A stretch of DNA of 64,000 bases from a virus: positions 132,898 through 196,897 of IMG/VR virus record IMGVR_UViG_3300016657_000126; one strand, given 5' to 3'. The notes beneath the pieces were generated by a model. That model had not been told where the DNA came from, did not search any database, and saw only the letters and a list, made by a program, of their open reading frames with translations. This document shows, one piece after another, positions 6,816 through 15,923 of this stretch. A program made the translations under genes and the position numbers. Positions within the stretch are counted from its first letter, which is position 1, and each line of letters opens with the position of its first letter.

Positions 6816-9476
6816 TCAAGTCTGCGCAGGCGGTTCCGCTTCCTTGGTCTCCACCTGACGCTTAGGTGCGTTCGGCGGGCGAATGATCTGGCGCAGCACC
6901 ACGCGCTTCTTCAGTGCGTTGATGACCTCCGGAGAGTGGTCGCACACGACGAGCTGGGAGTCCTGCTCGTTGAGGCGCGTCGACAGGGTCGACAACATCT
7001 CCGACAAGCTCTCCTTTCCGGCGTCATCCAGGTGCATCGAAGGCTCGTCCAAGATCAACAGGCCGACATCAGGAATCACGAGCTGAGAGATCGCGAGAAG
7101 GCACGCCACCGACAAACGCACGCGCTGCCCGCCGGACAGTTTGTCTTGGCTCAGCCAAGCGTCCGAAGCCGAGCTCATCTGAGCGAACTGAAACGCCATG
7201 GCGCGGTTGGGATCCGGGCGCACGACGAAGTCGCTGTCGAGCTGGGCCAGGAAGAACCCGGTTAGATCGACAATTTCTCCGAAGCGCTGCCGCATGTAGT
7301 AGATCGGCAGACCGTCGCGATGGAACAGACGCATCAGCTGGCGGAGGTCGTCCACCAGATTCTGCAGTCGATCATTCCGCGCGATAGCCTCGTCCACGGC
7401 GGCCTGGCGGCGCTCCGCCTCACCGACGACGCGTTCCTGCTGGCTGAGCCGGGCGCGATGCTCGGCGCAGGCGCGCTGGTAGCGATCGACCGCGTCACGC
7501 GCGCGTTGCACGTAGGCGGTGAGATCGTCGACAACCGAGCCCAGCTGACTCAGCACACTGGCGAGCAGCGGGAAGTTGTTCACCGTGCCTGTCGCCTCGC
7601 GCTGACGGATCTCCTCCAGGTTCTTCATCGCCACCGCGGATTTCGCGGCGTTCTCGGCCTGCTCGAAGGCGGCATGCGCGCGCACCCACGCCTCGCGGCG
7701 CTGACGCAACGCATCGAGAGTGCGCATGTCGGCCGTGGTGTCGGCTACCTCCGCGCGGTCGAGGCCGGAGGCAGCCTGCTCGGCGGCGCGCAGGGCCTGG
7801 GTTGCGTCTTCCGCCGCCCGGCGGGCACTGTCGCGGCGGGCGCGCGCCGATACTACAGCGTTCTCCAGGAGCGATAGCTCGGATTTGGCCTGCCGCTTCT
7901 TGGAGACGATGCCGCTGATCTCGGCCGCGCGCGCCGCGTCGATAATACGGGCAGACAGCTGTTGGATATCGCTCACACCGTGCTTGCGCAGAAGCTCGGT
8001 GCGACGTGCCCCAATTTCGCTCAGCTGCGTGTTAACCTGGGCGAGACCGCGGTCCAGCTCGGTGTATTTGTTGCGGGCCTCGAGGTAGGCGGTGTTCACC
8101 TTCTGCGTCTCGGCGACGGCCGCGTCTAGCGCGGCTTTGGCCTCGGCCAGCTTCTTGGGACCCAGCCCGTCGGCGTCCAACTTCGAGTCGCACACCGGAC
8201 AGCACTGCCCCACAGTTCCGCTGATGCGCGAAAGCAGGTCGTGCTTCATCCGGGGGAGAGCTTCGGCCAGCTGTGCCGTCTTCAGGTCCTGCGCAAGCTG
8301 CAGGCCTTTAGTCTGCAACTCGGCGAGTTCTTTCTGGAGGCGCGCCTGCTCGAGGGGAAGCGGGGTCAACCGCTGCGTCAGCTGGTTGAACTCCGCTACC
8401 GCAGTCGCCGCCGCCGTGGAGCTCTGCAGCTGCACCTCGAGCGTTTCGAGCGGGATACCTTCTTGGAGGATCCGCTGCGACTCGGCCAAGCGACCCTCGC
8501 TTTGCTGGACCTCTGCCTCGGCGACGGAGATGGCTCCAGTCGCGTTCTTGGCGTTGAGGGCCGCGCGGTCGCGCGCGTCGAGAAGCGCGACCTTCGCCGC
8601 GTTCACTTTTATGCGCTGGTCGAGCGCGGCGATGTGCGCGTCCGCCGCTTCCGTGTCGCTCACTCCTATCGTGGAAACGTAGGTGGCGGCGGCCTCGCTC
8701 CGCCGCACGCTGGCGAGGTTCAGGGCCTGCTGGGTTGTCGCCACCGCGCGCCCGGTGCTGACCAGCTGCTCGGACTCGGTGGCCCAGCTGTTGAACGCCT
8801 GGATGGCCGTGGCGTCGATTTCGGGATGTGCGTTGGACTCGCCGATGAGACGGTGCAGCTCCTGCCGGGCGGCCGAAACGGCGCCGACCGCCTCGTCCCG
8901 CGTAGTGGTGAGATCCTTCAGATTGGTGCTCAGCGCGGTGACGCGCGCAGACAGTTGCTCATGGATCTGCCCGCAGAAGGAAACCAGCAGCATGCGCGCG
9001 AACAGTTTCTCGCGCGCGGCGTCTTCGCCGAACAGCATGGACTGCAGGTCGCCCTGCGCCACGAATACCGCGTTGTCCAGCGCCTGATGATCGGCGCTCA
9101 AAATGCTCGCGAGCGTAGAACGGATCTCGGCGGCGCTCTTGATGGCATTCTTCCCGGTGCGGTCGCCCCACTCCATGTATTGGCGCGGGCTCTTGCCTAC
9201 CTGGCGGAATATTTTTCCCACCTGCCCGCCTTTGGAGAAGCGGACGGTGACATGCCCGTTGGACGGCGTGTTCGGCGCAGGCGGGTCCGAGAAGTCGCGA
9301 ACGTAGGTTTCTGCCGGGTCGTCGAGCAGGCCGGTAAACGCGAACCGGAGCGCGCGGAGAAGCGTGCTCTTTCCCGTGCCATTGGGACCGAGGATGCCGA
9401 CTACCGGAGCATCCAGGTCGGCGTTGAGGTTGCTGTGGGGTCCGAAGTCGACCAGAGAGGCTTCAAGAATGCGCAT
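6816..9476 (-). CDS. sbcC: SbcC/Rad50-like ATPase
   Basis: GPNGTGKS, Q-loop VAQG, coiled coil with CPVC Zn hook, LSGGQ, LILDEP, CDH; start taken at MRILEASL. Confidence 0.93.
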   Translation of the reverse strand: MRILEASLVDFGPHSNLNADLDAPVVGILGPNGTGKSTLLRALRFAFTGLLDDPAETYVRDFSDPPAPNTPSNGHVTVRFSKGGQVGKIFRQVGKSPRQYMEWGDRTGKNAIKSAAEIRSTLASILSADHQALDNAVFVAQGDLQSMLFGEDAAREKLFARMLLVSFCGQIHEQLSARVTALSTNLKDLTTTRDEAVGAVSAARQELHRLIGESNAHPEIDATAIQAFNSWATESEQLVSTGRAVATTQQALNLASVRRSEAAATYVSTIGVSDTEAADAHIAALDQRIKVNAAKVALLDARDRAALNAKNATGAISVAEAEVQQSEGRLAESQRILQEGIPLETLEVQLQSSTAAATAVAEFNQLTQRLTPLPLEQARLQKELAELQTKGLQLAQDLKTAQLAEALPRMKHDLLSRISGTVGQCCPVCDSKLDADGLGPKKLAEAKAALDAAVAETQKVNTAYLEARNKYTELDRGLAQVNTQLSEIGARRTELLRKHGVSDIQQLSARIIDAARAAEISGIVSKKRQAKSELSLLENAVVSARARRDSARRAAEDATQALRAAEQAASGLDRAEVADTTADMRTLDALRQRREAWVRAHAAFEQAENAAKSAVAMKNLEEIRQREATGTVNNFPLLASVLSQLGSVVDDLTAYVQRARDAVDRYQRACAEHRARLSQQERVVGEAERRQAAVDEAIARNDRLQNLVDDLRQLMRLFHRDGLPIYYMRQRFGEIVDLTGFFLAQLDSDFVVRPDPNRAMAFQFAQMSSASDAWLSQDKLSGGQRVRLSVACLLAISQLVIPDVGLLILDEPSMHLDDAGKESLSEMLSTLSTRLNEQDSQLVVCDHSPEVINALKKRVVLRQIIRPPNAPKRQVETKEAEPPAQT

Positions 9477-10632
9477 CGGCGGGAGGGGGAGGAAGGAGGG
9501 CGGCTGACGCAGTGCTCTTCTCGATGTAGGCATCGATTAGGCGCGCGGAGTCCGCGGGATTTGTGAGTAGGTCCATGGCCAGCGCATAGGGACGCGCCGT
9601 CGTAGGCATCAGCACCGAGGCGGCTTCACGCAGCGAGGCCGCCTTGTTGAACGTGGGGATCACGCGACCAGGCTCGGGGGCGCGCTTATCCGTGTCATAG
9701 CCGGCGGCGCGAATGATCGCGTTTGACCCGGCCAGCACGGCGTTGATGCGCCCGCGGACATCGCTCACGTCCGGATTGAACCGGATGTAGACGATCGGGT
9801 CGCGATCAGCGGCCGCCCGCAGACGAGCGATGGCGGATTCCATGTCCGACTCTGCCGCGATGTGGATAGGAATCACGGGCCGCGACGACGTGACGGGGAT
9901 GGTTTTCACCTCCTTCACCGTCGAGCGGAAGTTCCCATCGCGCTGGAGCGTTACCAGGAAAAACGACTTGCTCAGCGGCTCGCCGCTCTGAGTGATCTCC
10001 GTCGAGCCAGGCATGGCGACGGTGGTTGGTCCGAGCGGCGTCTGGACGGTCTCGATGGCCGGAATGTGGATGTCTCCGCAGGCGACGTAGGAGAAGCGCT
10101 CAAGCGGCATGGCAGCCGCCTGCATGCTCGAGTCAGAACTGGCGCCGGAAGAAACGATGTCGACCGCGGCGTGGATAACCAGCACATCGGCGGGCGCGCA
10201 GTTACCGAGCTTCTGCTTCATCTCCTCGATGCCGGTGTGGTCGATTCCGCAGATGGTGAAACCGTTTTTCGTCTTCACCTGACTGACTTTGCCCAGCGGG
10301 ATGATGTGGCAGTTTTCCGGATTGCTCTTGGAGTATTCCTGGAACCAGTGCGGGTCACCTCCGTCGTGATTTCCTGTCACGACGAGCAGTCGGATATTGC
10401 GGTCCTTCAGCCGCTGGTGGATCCGATTTAATACGCTGAACAAGCCGGCCGACATGACCGGGCGATTGAGCGTGTCGCCGCCGAGAACCAGCATCTCGGC
10501 TCCGGCGTCGGCCGCCTTGTCGATTACGTCAAGCGCGGCGGAGCAGAAATCTTCCGCCCGGTCGCGACGCCCATATTGAATTTCCAACAAGTGCCAGTCG
10601 GCGCTGTGAGCGAAACAAAATTCAGAGTGCAA
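9463..10632 (-). CDS. sbcD: SbcD/Mre11-like metallophosphoesterase nuclease
   Basis: ADWHL, GGD, GNHD, IHA, GDIH, PGS motifs; adjacent to sbcC. Confidence 0.93.
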   Translation of the reverse strand: MHSEFCFAHSADWHLLEIQYGRRDRAEDFCSAALDVIDKAADAGAEMLVLGGDTLNRPVMSAGLFSVLNRIHQRLKDRNIRLLVVTGNHDGGDPHWFQEYSKSNPENCHIIPLGKVSQVKTKNGFTICGIDHTGIEEMKQKLGNCAPADVLVIHAAVDIVSSGASSDSSMQAAAMPLERFSYVACGDIHIPAIETVQTPLGPTTVAMPGSTEITQSGEPLSKSFFLVTLQRDGNFRSTVKEVKTIPVTSSRPVIPIHIAAESDMESAIARLRAAADRDPIVYIRFNPDVSDVRGRINAVLAGSNAIIRAAGYDTDKRAPEPGRVIPTFNKAASLREAASVLMPTTARPYALAMDLLTNPADSARLIDAYIEKSTASAALLPPPPADAHS

Positions 10633-11197
10633 AGTGTGATAGATAAAAATTCTTCAAGGTCTGGCGAGCATCGCTCGCCAGCGTATCCGCGACTTTCATT
10701 TCAGGTGTAGAGCAGCGATCTTCGAAGAGCGCGTGGACATCGAGGAACTTCTCGAAAAACTCGAAGCTCGCCCAAAGGTCTGGAGTGGACCGCCGAGAAT
10801 AGAACGGGACGCCTGCGTCGTTTCTTGCGACGGCCAGTGCCAGAGACTCGCGGTCGGTTATCCATTTTACCGGCCACTTTCCCAGATACGGCGCGTCCGA
10901 TATCTGCCGAGGCGTCCACTCCATCACGTCGGTGAGTATGGCCAGCCCGCGCAGCAGGCCCGAGAACTCTCCGCGCTCCGTCGAGCTGTGTGTCTCCGCG
11001 GAGCAGGCGTATATCGGGGTTCTGTCCGGGATGAAGATCGCGCAGCTTCCACCGGCGAAACCATCCGCGTGACCTGAGCCATCCGTCACTATCTGAGCCA
11101 CGAACTGGTTCGCCGGAATCTGAAGCATTCGACGCCGGATGGTGGCGTGGCATTCAGCCTGGGAGAAGGCGTTCGCTGGAGGTTGAGGCGTTTGCAA
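10622..11197 (-). CDS. rnhA: Ribonuclease HI-like protein
   Basis: Four acidic catalytic motifs: TDGSG, TERGEF, ITDRES, VADTLA. Start uncertain. Confidence 0.8.
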   Translation of the reverse strand: MQTPQPPANAFSQAECHATIRRRMLQIPANQFVAQIVTDGSGHADGFAGGSCAIFIPDRTPIYACSAETHSSTERGEFSGLLRGLAILTDVMEWTPRQISDAPYLGKWPVKWITDRESLALAVARNDAGVPFYSRRSTPDLWASFEFFEKFLDVHALFEDRCSTPEMKVADTLASDARQTLKNFYLSHFAL

Positions 11198-11714
11198 ATT
11201 TGCGTTCGATGATTGCTGAAATCTCGTTCTGAATCGGACCCGTGATCACCATTTTGACCATCGCGGCGGCGATCTCCGGAGCTGCCGGAGACTGACCTTG
11301 CGCGAGGATGTTCGGTATCACCTGCTTCAGGTCGACGACGTCGGAGCGCTGGCCGTCGTGCCAGATCTCGATCTTCGCCGCCATCCACACATCGGTGGGT
11401 TTGTTGGTAGGCGCCGACCACCCCGGAAACAGCATGCTCTTGTCGGGGGCCTGGAGATAAAGAGCCTCGCGCAGCAAGCACAGGAGACTCGTCATCTGAG
11501 GCTCCAGGGCGATGAATTTCTGAAGCTCCTTTAGCAAAGCCGCACGCTGCTCGGCGGCGGTGGGAGGGGGCGGTGGTTTTGGCGCCTCAGCCGGCGGCGC
11601 CACCATCAGATCCGGTGTTGAAGAAGTCACGGAGTTCGCTGTTTCCGGCGGTGTTTCCGCCTGCGGTTTCTGCGACTCCGGAGTTGAGTTCTGTTGACTG
11701 CTTGAGTTGGACAT
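11154..11714 (-). CDS. Hypothetical protein, Pro-rich N-terminus
   Basis: 186-aa ORF heading the minus-strand replication operon, divergent from terminase. Confidence 0.65.
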   Translation of the reverse strand: MSNSSSQQNSTPESQKPQAETPPETANSVTSSTPDLMVAPPAEAPKPPPPPTAAEQRAALLKELQKFIALEPQMTSLLCLLREALYLQAPDKSMLFPGWSAPTNKPTDVWMAAKIEIWHDGQRSDVVDLKQVIPNILAQGQSPAAPEIAAAMVKMVITGPIQNEISAIIERKFANASTSSERLLPG

Positions 11715-11815
11715 TCGGGACTACACTTTTAATCGGGGAGTATCCCTTGGTGCGAGCGCGAAAAAACCTGCTCGTCTTGAGCTTAGTAACCGAGCAAGGT
11801 GAAGTGCTCTTAGCC

Positions 11816-13675
11816 ATGCTTGATTTATACCGGACCCTACAGGAGTCGGTCGAGCTTACGTCTCGACTAGAGAGCTTGGTGGGCGAGTTGGAGACGGCGG
11901 AACGCGCTGGAAACAAAACCATAGCGGCTTCGCGCATGCAGCAGATCATCTCCGTCTGTGACGGAAACTTCAGTCTGCTCACGCCGTTCTTCTTCCCCCG
12001 CTTCACCCGCGATTCGTCCGGAGAGAAGTGGGTCCCGCTGAGTTTGCTCAGCCGCCCGTTTCTGTTGGACCTCATGCGCCTGGCGCCGGGCGAGTCTCTG
12101 GTCATCCGCGGGTCGCGCCAGCTCGGTAAGACCGTTGCCATCGTCGCGCGTGCGCGGATGACGCAACAGCTGATGCCGGGCCACCGGACGATGTATATCG
12201 CCCCTATGACTGAGCACATTAAAACATTTGCGCAGAAGTATCGCGAAATGGAGCGGTCTTTTCGCTATCCGGTGGTCGACCGAACGCTTAAACAGAATCT
12301 GTATTTCAAGGAGTATCCCGGAAACGGATCGCTCCAGATTCTTCGAATTCTCACGTCGGCCGGTGACGCGCGCGGTAAAACTGTCGACGACCTGATATTC
12401 GACGAGTTTCAAGACTTCGACGCCGGGCTTCTCGGTGACGTGGAGCAGGTGCAGCGCGCATCTAAGTTCCGCACGACTATCTACAGCGGCACGTCCAAGA
12501 CCATAGACACCGCGCTCGAGGTCGCATTCCAGGACTCCAGCCAAGGCTTCTACTTCGTTCGGTCTGGCGACGGAAAGACATACCTCAACTGCGGCGATCC
12601 GGAGACGGTCGTAGCGATGGTGCAGAAGGACGGCCCCACATGTCCCATCACCGGCAAGATCCTCAACATGCTCGATGGATTTTTCGAGCATGCCTACCCG
12701 AGTCGCATCAAGGATGGGCGCAAGGGTCTCCACATTCCACAGATCATCGTAAACGACTTCGTCCACGATCCGCTGGAGTGGCAGTTCATCTACGACACGC
12801 TCCGCAAGCGCGGCGTTAACAAGCTGCTGCAGGAGGTGATGGGCATTCCCATCGTCGAGGGTCTGCGCGAAATCACACTCCAGCATCTCCAGTCGATTTG
12901 TGTTCTAGGTGACCCGGCCGAACTTCGGAAACGCGCCAAAGCAGGCTTCTACCGCTTTATCGCTTCGGGAGTGGACTGGGGCGGCTCCGACTACAACCCG
13001 GCGGCGCGCACGAAACTCTCCTACACCGCGCACTGCATCATCGGTCAGCCGACCGAAGGGCCTCCGCACATCTTGTTCATGCGTAAGCACGCCGGCGTCG
13101 ACTATCCCACGATAGCCGGGATGATTGCGAAGGACCATCGCGACTACTGCGCCACGGCCATGGCATCCGACTTCGGCGGCGGTGAGCTCTACCGCTACAT
13201 CATGGGCCAGCAGGGCCAGATCAACCCAGCGCGCCACCTGGTCTTCCAGTATCAGGGCCCTGAGCAACCGATGGTATCCAAGCTGAACACGGCGCTGCTC
13301 AACACATTCGGCCTCAACCGCACGGAGAGCATCACGCGCCTGTTCAGCTCGGTGCGCGACTATCCGCAGGATCTGCTCTGCTACGACTGGGACAAGGCAT
13401 CGGACGATCTGAAGGACTTCCTCAACCTTTACCGCATTCCTTCCGACTCGATCGGTGGAAAAGATTTCTTCACCTATCGACGTCACGGCGCTTTTCCGGA
13501 CGACATGCTGCACGCCACCAACTTCGCCTACACGCTCATCCGTCTGATGCGCGGCGAGCCGATGGCGCGCGACCCGATGGTCCAACGCATGCTGATCGAC
13601 GCCGCTGGCACCGGCGCGCCGATCATCTCTCCGATCCCTGGAATGATCCGCGGCGCGCGGCCGATGTCCGGCTAA
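11816..13675 (+). CDS. terL: Terminase large subunit
   Basis: GSRQLGKT Walker A, LIFDEFQD Walker B, SGT motif III, GVDWGG and DDMLHA nuclease motifs; start taken at ATG 11816. Confidence 0.92.
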   Translation: MLDLYRTLQESVELTSRLESLVGELETAERAGNKTIAASRMQQIISVCDGNFSLLTPFFFPRFTRDSSGEKWVPLSLLSRPFLLDLMRLAPGESLVIRGSRQLGKTVAIVARARMTQQLMPGHRTMYIAPMTEHIKTFAQKYREMERSFRYPVVDRTLKQNLYFKEYPGNGSLQILRILTSAGDARGKTVDDLIFDEFQDFDAGLLGDVEQVQRASKFRTTIYSGTSKTIDTALEVAFQDSSQGFYFVRSGDGKTYLNCGDPETVVAMVQKDGPTCPITGKILNMLDGFFEHAYPSRIKDGRKGLHIPQIIVNDFVHDPLEWQFIYDTLRKRGVNKLLQEVMGIPIVEGLREITLQHLQSICVLGDPAELRKRAKAGFYRFIASGVDWGGSDYNPAARTKLSYTAHCIIGQPTEGPPHILFMRKHAGVDYPTIAGMIAKDHRDYCATAMASDFGGGELYRYIMGQQGQINPARHLVFQYQGPEQPMVSKLNTALLNTFGLNRTESITRLFSSVRDYPQDLLCYDWDKASDDLKDFLNLYRIPSDSIGGKDFFTYRRHGAFPDDMLHATNFAYTLIRLMRGEPMARDPMVQRMLIDAAGTGAPIISPIPGMIRGARPMSG

Positions 13676-13959
13676 AACCTGGAACGCTTCATCGCGCGGT
13701 TGTAGGCGTGATAGAGCACGCCATGCACGCGCTCGTTCAGCCGCACGAGGTCCACCTGGCCGATTAGCGCCGTGTGGAGCATGTCGTTCGGAGCCTCCAT
13801 CAACCGGCGCGCGGCCTCGGCCAGCACGTTGCCGGTCACCGGCGCTGTCGTCGCGGGTATCGTAACCTGCACCTGCGCACCGGGCGGAAGGTCCAGCGTC
13901 ACGCGCTGCGAGAAATCCAGCACCGTCTGTCCCGGCGCATCGGTCCGCTTACGTGGCAT
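13672..13959 (-). CDS. Hypothetical protein
   Basis: 95-aa ORF convergent on terL. Confidence 0.55.
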   Translation of the reverse strand: MPRKRTDAPGQTVLDFSQRVTLDLPPGAQVQVTIPATTAPVTGNVLAEAARRLMEAPNDMLHTALIGQVDLVRLNERVHGVLYHAYNRAMKRSRF

Positions 13960-14089
13960 GTTGCTTCCGGAGCGCAGCCACGAACTGGCTCATGCTCGGG
14001 TCGCGGTGGACTTCAGCCACCTTTGCCAACTCTCTGTCCAGCTTGACGTCTTTTGGCGATCTGGCGCCGGTCACGTCCAGAATGTCCAT
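13949..14089 (-). CDS. Small hypothetical protein (MDILDVTG..., 46 aa)
   Basis: Fills the gap between two minus-strand genes; 3' part of track ORF 13949..14410. Confidence 0.35.
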   Translation of the reverse strand: MDILDVTGARSPKDVKLDRELAKVAEVHRDPSMSQFVAALRKQHAT

Positions 14090-14132
14090 CTGAGCATCGA
14101 TACGATGCAAATCACGGCGAGGTGCGCCGCGC

Positions 14133-14732
14133 TTAGGTTTCGACACGCTTAAACTCTTTTTGAATTTCGCTGCGGGGAACTCCCAACAGCATGAGATCTT
14201 TTTCCAGCTGAGCGCGCTGATCGCGCATGAACAACTTGAGGTCGTTGGCGGCCTCAATACCCATGCCGCTCTCTTTGTAGGCGAGAATGATCTCTCGCAT
14301 GACACGCTCGTCAAAGTCCGCTTCTTCGTCTTCCTCGCGCAGCAACGCCGCGCAAAAAATTGCCCACTGAATCTCTTCCCAAGAGGCCCGGTCCACGGAC
14401 AGATCTGCACCGAAATCAGGCATACCCTGCGTGAGGGTGATGGCAGTTGCGTGCAGGGCGTGGGGGACCTCGAAAAATGCGTCGGTGCCGACGAGTGTCA
14501 CCATAGCCTGTAGCTTGGCCTCGGTGTCCTCCGGCAATTTCAGACCAAACTTTTCCTCGAGCAGCGCGTAGACCTCGAGCATCTCGGCTTCTTCGCCATG
14601 CAGCGCCTCTGCGCCCAGCGCATGAATCGCCAGGACGTATATCGCCACCGCCTCGGAGTCCGGGTCGCTGAGAATTTTGCGCGCGTCCGCCGAAGTGTAG
14701 CGCAGCTCGAAGAGCTCGCTTTCGGCGGTCAT
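14133..14732 (-). CDS. Acidic helical hypothetical protein
   Basis: 199 aa, 4-bp overlap with upstream gene. Confidence 0.7.
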   Translation of the reverse strand: MTAESELFELRYTSADARKILSDPDSEAVAIYVLAIHALGAEALHGEEAEMLEVYALLEEKFGLKLPEDTEAKLQAMVTLVGTDAFFEVPHALHATAITLTQGMPDFGADLSVDRASWEEIQWAIFCAALLREEDEEADFDERVMREIILAYKESGMGIEAANDLKLFMRDQRAQLEKDLMLLGVPRSEIQKEFKRVET

Positions 14733-15781
14733 TGCGTGAGAGCGAGCACCGTGCGGAGCAAGCGCTGCTGCGTCTCGAACGGCTGGGCGATGAGCGTGAT
14801 GTTCGGATCTTGGTCGGCGCTGGCCGCGGCCTTGATGACCGTCTCGAGGATGGCGGCGTCACCGGCGCGAAGCTGCTGCTTTGCGCGGTTCACGTCGATG
14901 GAGCCTACTACTGCGCGCGGGACCAGCGTATGCGAGCCGAGCTTGTCGAACAGCACGAACTCACGCGCGGCCTTCACGACAAGCTCGCGAGGCGCGCCGC
15001 CGAAAAGAACCCCGTAGGGTGTGCCATGATCGCGCGGACGCTGAGCATTGAGCGTGGCGTCGAGCTGATCCCAGGCGGCTACGAGCAGGTCGCGCTCGGC
15101 CAGCGAAGCGTGAGGGGCTGCGTCGATGAGGCTCGCGTAGGCCGTCTTCAGCTCGGGGCTGGCATTTGCCGGAATGTGGATGCGCGCGTTGTCCGCGTCG
15201 CACTCCCGGACGACGCCGGCCTCGTAAATGGCTTTCGGCAGGTTTTCCACGCCGTGCTCGGCCGCGGCCTTGACGATCTCCCGGGCCGCCTGGCCGAAGA
15301 GGGGGACCGGCAGTGCGCCGCTGAAAAAGTCCGACGCGCAGCAGGCAGCCGCAAACGAGATGTCCTCGCGGCAGGTGATCGGATAGGCTTCGATGTCGGG
15401 ACCCGACGCGCTCTTCACCAGCAATGCCACGCGGGGGCGGGCAGGCTCGGCGGCCGCGCTCTTCACCTGCGCCTTCGCGAAGAGCGGCTCGTAATGCGCG
15501 AGCTCCGCGGTGAGGTCGTGGGCGGCGGCCGCTTTGTTAAAGCGCTCGAGGACCTCCGGATCCTTTCCGCCGCGACCGCGATAATGAAGTGAGCCGAAGA
15601 ACACGAGCTCGCGGCTGGTGAGCGGATACTCTCGATTCTGCACGTCGGCAAAAGCGGAGCTGTGCGTCCCGGCGAACTTCTCGACACCCGGAATTTCGAA
15701 CGCCCCGAGTTCGTCCGACCACGGGCGGAAGGCAAAGGCTTCCCCCAGCACCACGGGGTGATTGTCGCGTAGAATGTCCAT
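14729..15781 (-). CDS. Probable head-associated protein (K-x-A motif rich)
   Basis: Repeated EKFAG, VKSAA, VKSAS, VKAAA, IKAAA as in the head-module proteins. Confidence 0.6.
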   Translation of the reverse strand: MDILRDNHPVVLGEAFAFRPWSDELGAFEIPGVEKFAGTHSSAFADVQNREYPLTSRELVFFGSLHYRGRGGKDPEVLERFNKAAAAHDLTAELAHYEPLFAKAQVKSAAAEPARPRVALLVKSASGPDIEAYPITCREDISFAAACCASDFFSGALPVPLFGQAAREIVKAAAEHGVENLPKAIYEAGVVRECDADNARIHIPANASPELKTAYASLIDAAPHASLAERDLLVAAWDQLDATLNAQRPRDHGTPYGVLFGGAPRELVVKAAREFVLFDKLGSHTLVPRAVVGSIDVNRAKQQLRAGDAAILETVIKAAASADQDPNITLIAQPFETQQRLLRTVLALTQ

Positions 15782-15873
15782 TGCCTAAAAGAACCAAGCC
15801 AGCTTACCTCGGTCAAGGTTCGGCACACCCACACCCTGATGGCTAAAAAGAAGAAATCCTCGAACAGCCCTTT

Positions 15874-15915
15874 GGCTGCTCATTAAAATATACCACAAAA
15901 CGGGGTTCCGTTGCA
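15874..15915 (-). promoter_or_regulatory. Conserved extended -10 promoter, copy 1
   Basis: TGCAACGG-N6-GTTTTGTG-G-TATATT; 29/42 identical without gaps to 48857-48898. Confidence 0.65.
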
Positions 15916-15923
15916 CGGGGTCT

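Noticed and set aside
6659-6860. CRISPR array or GGY-NN repeat array beside the RAMP gene
   Set aside because: No repeat-spacer structure or 5-nt periodicity here or in other intergenic gaps; one could lie outside the window.
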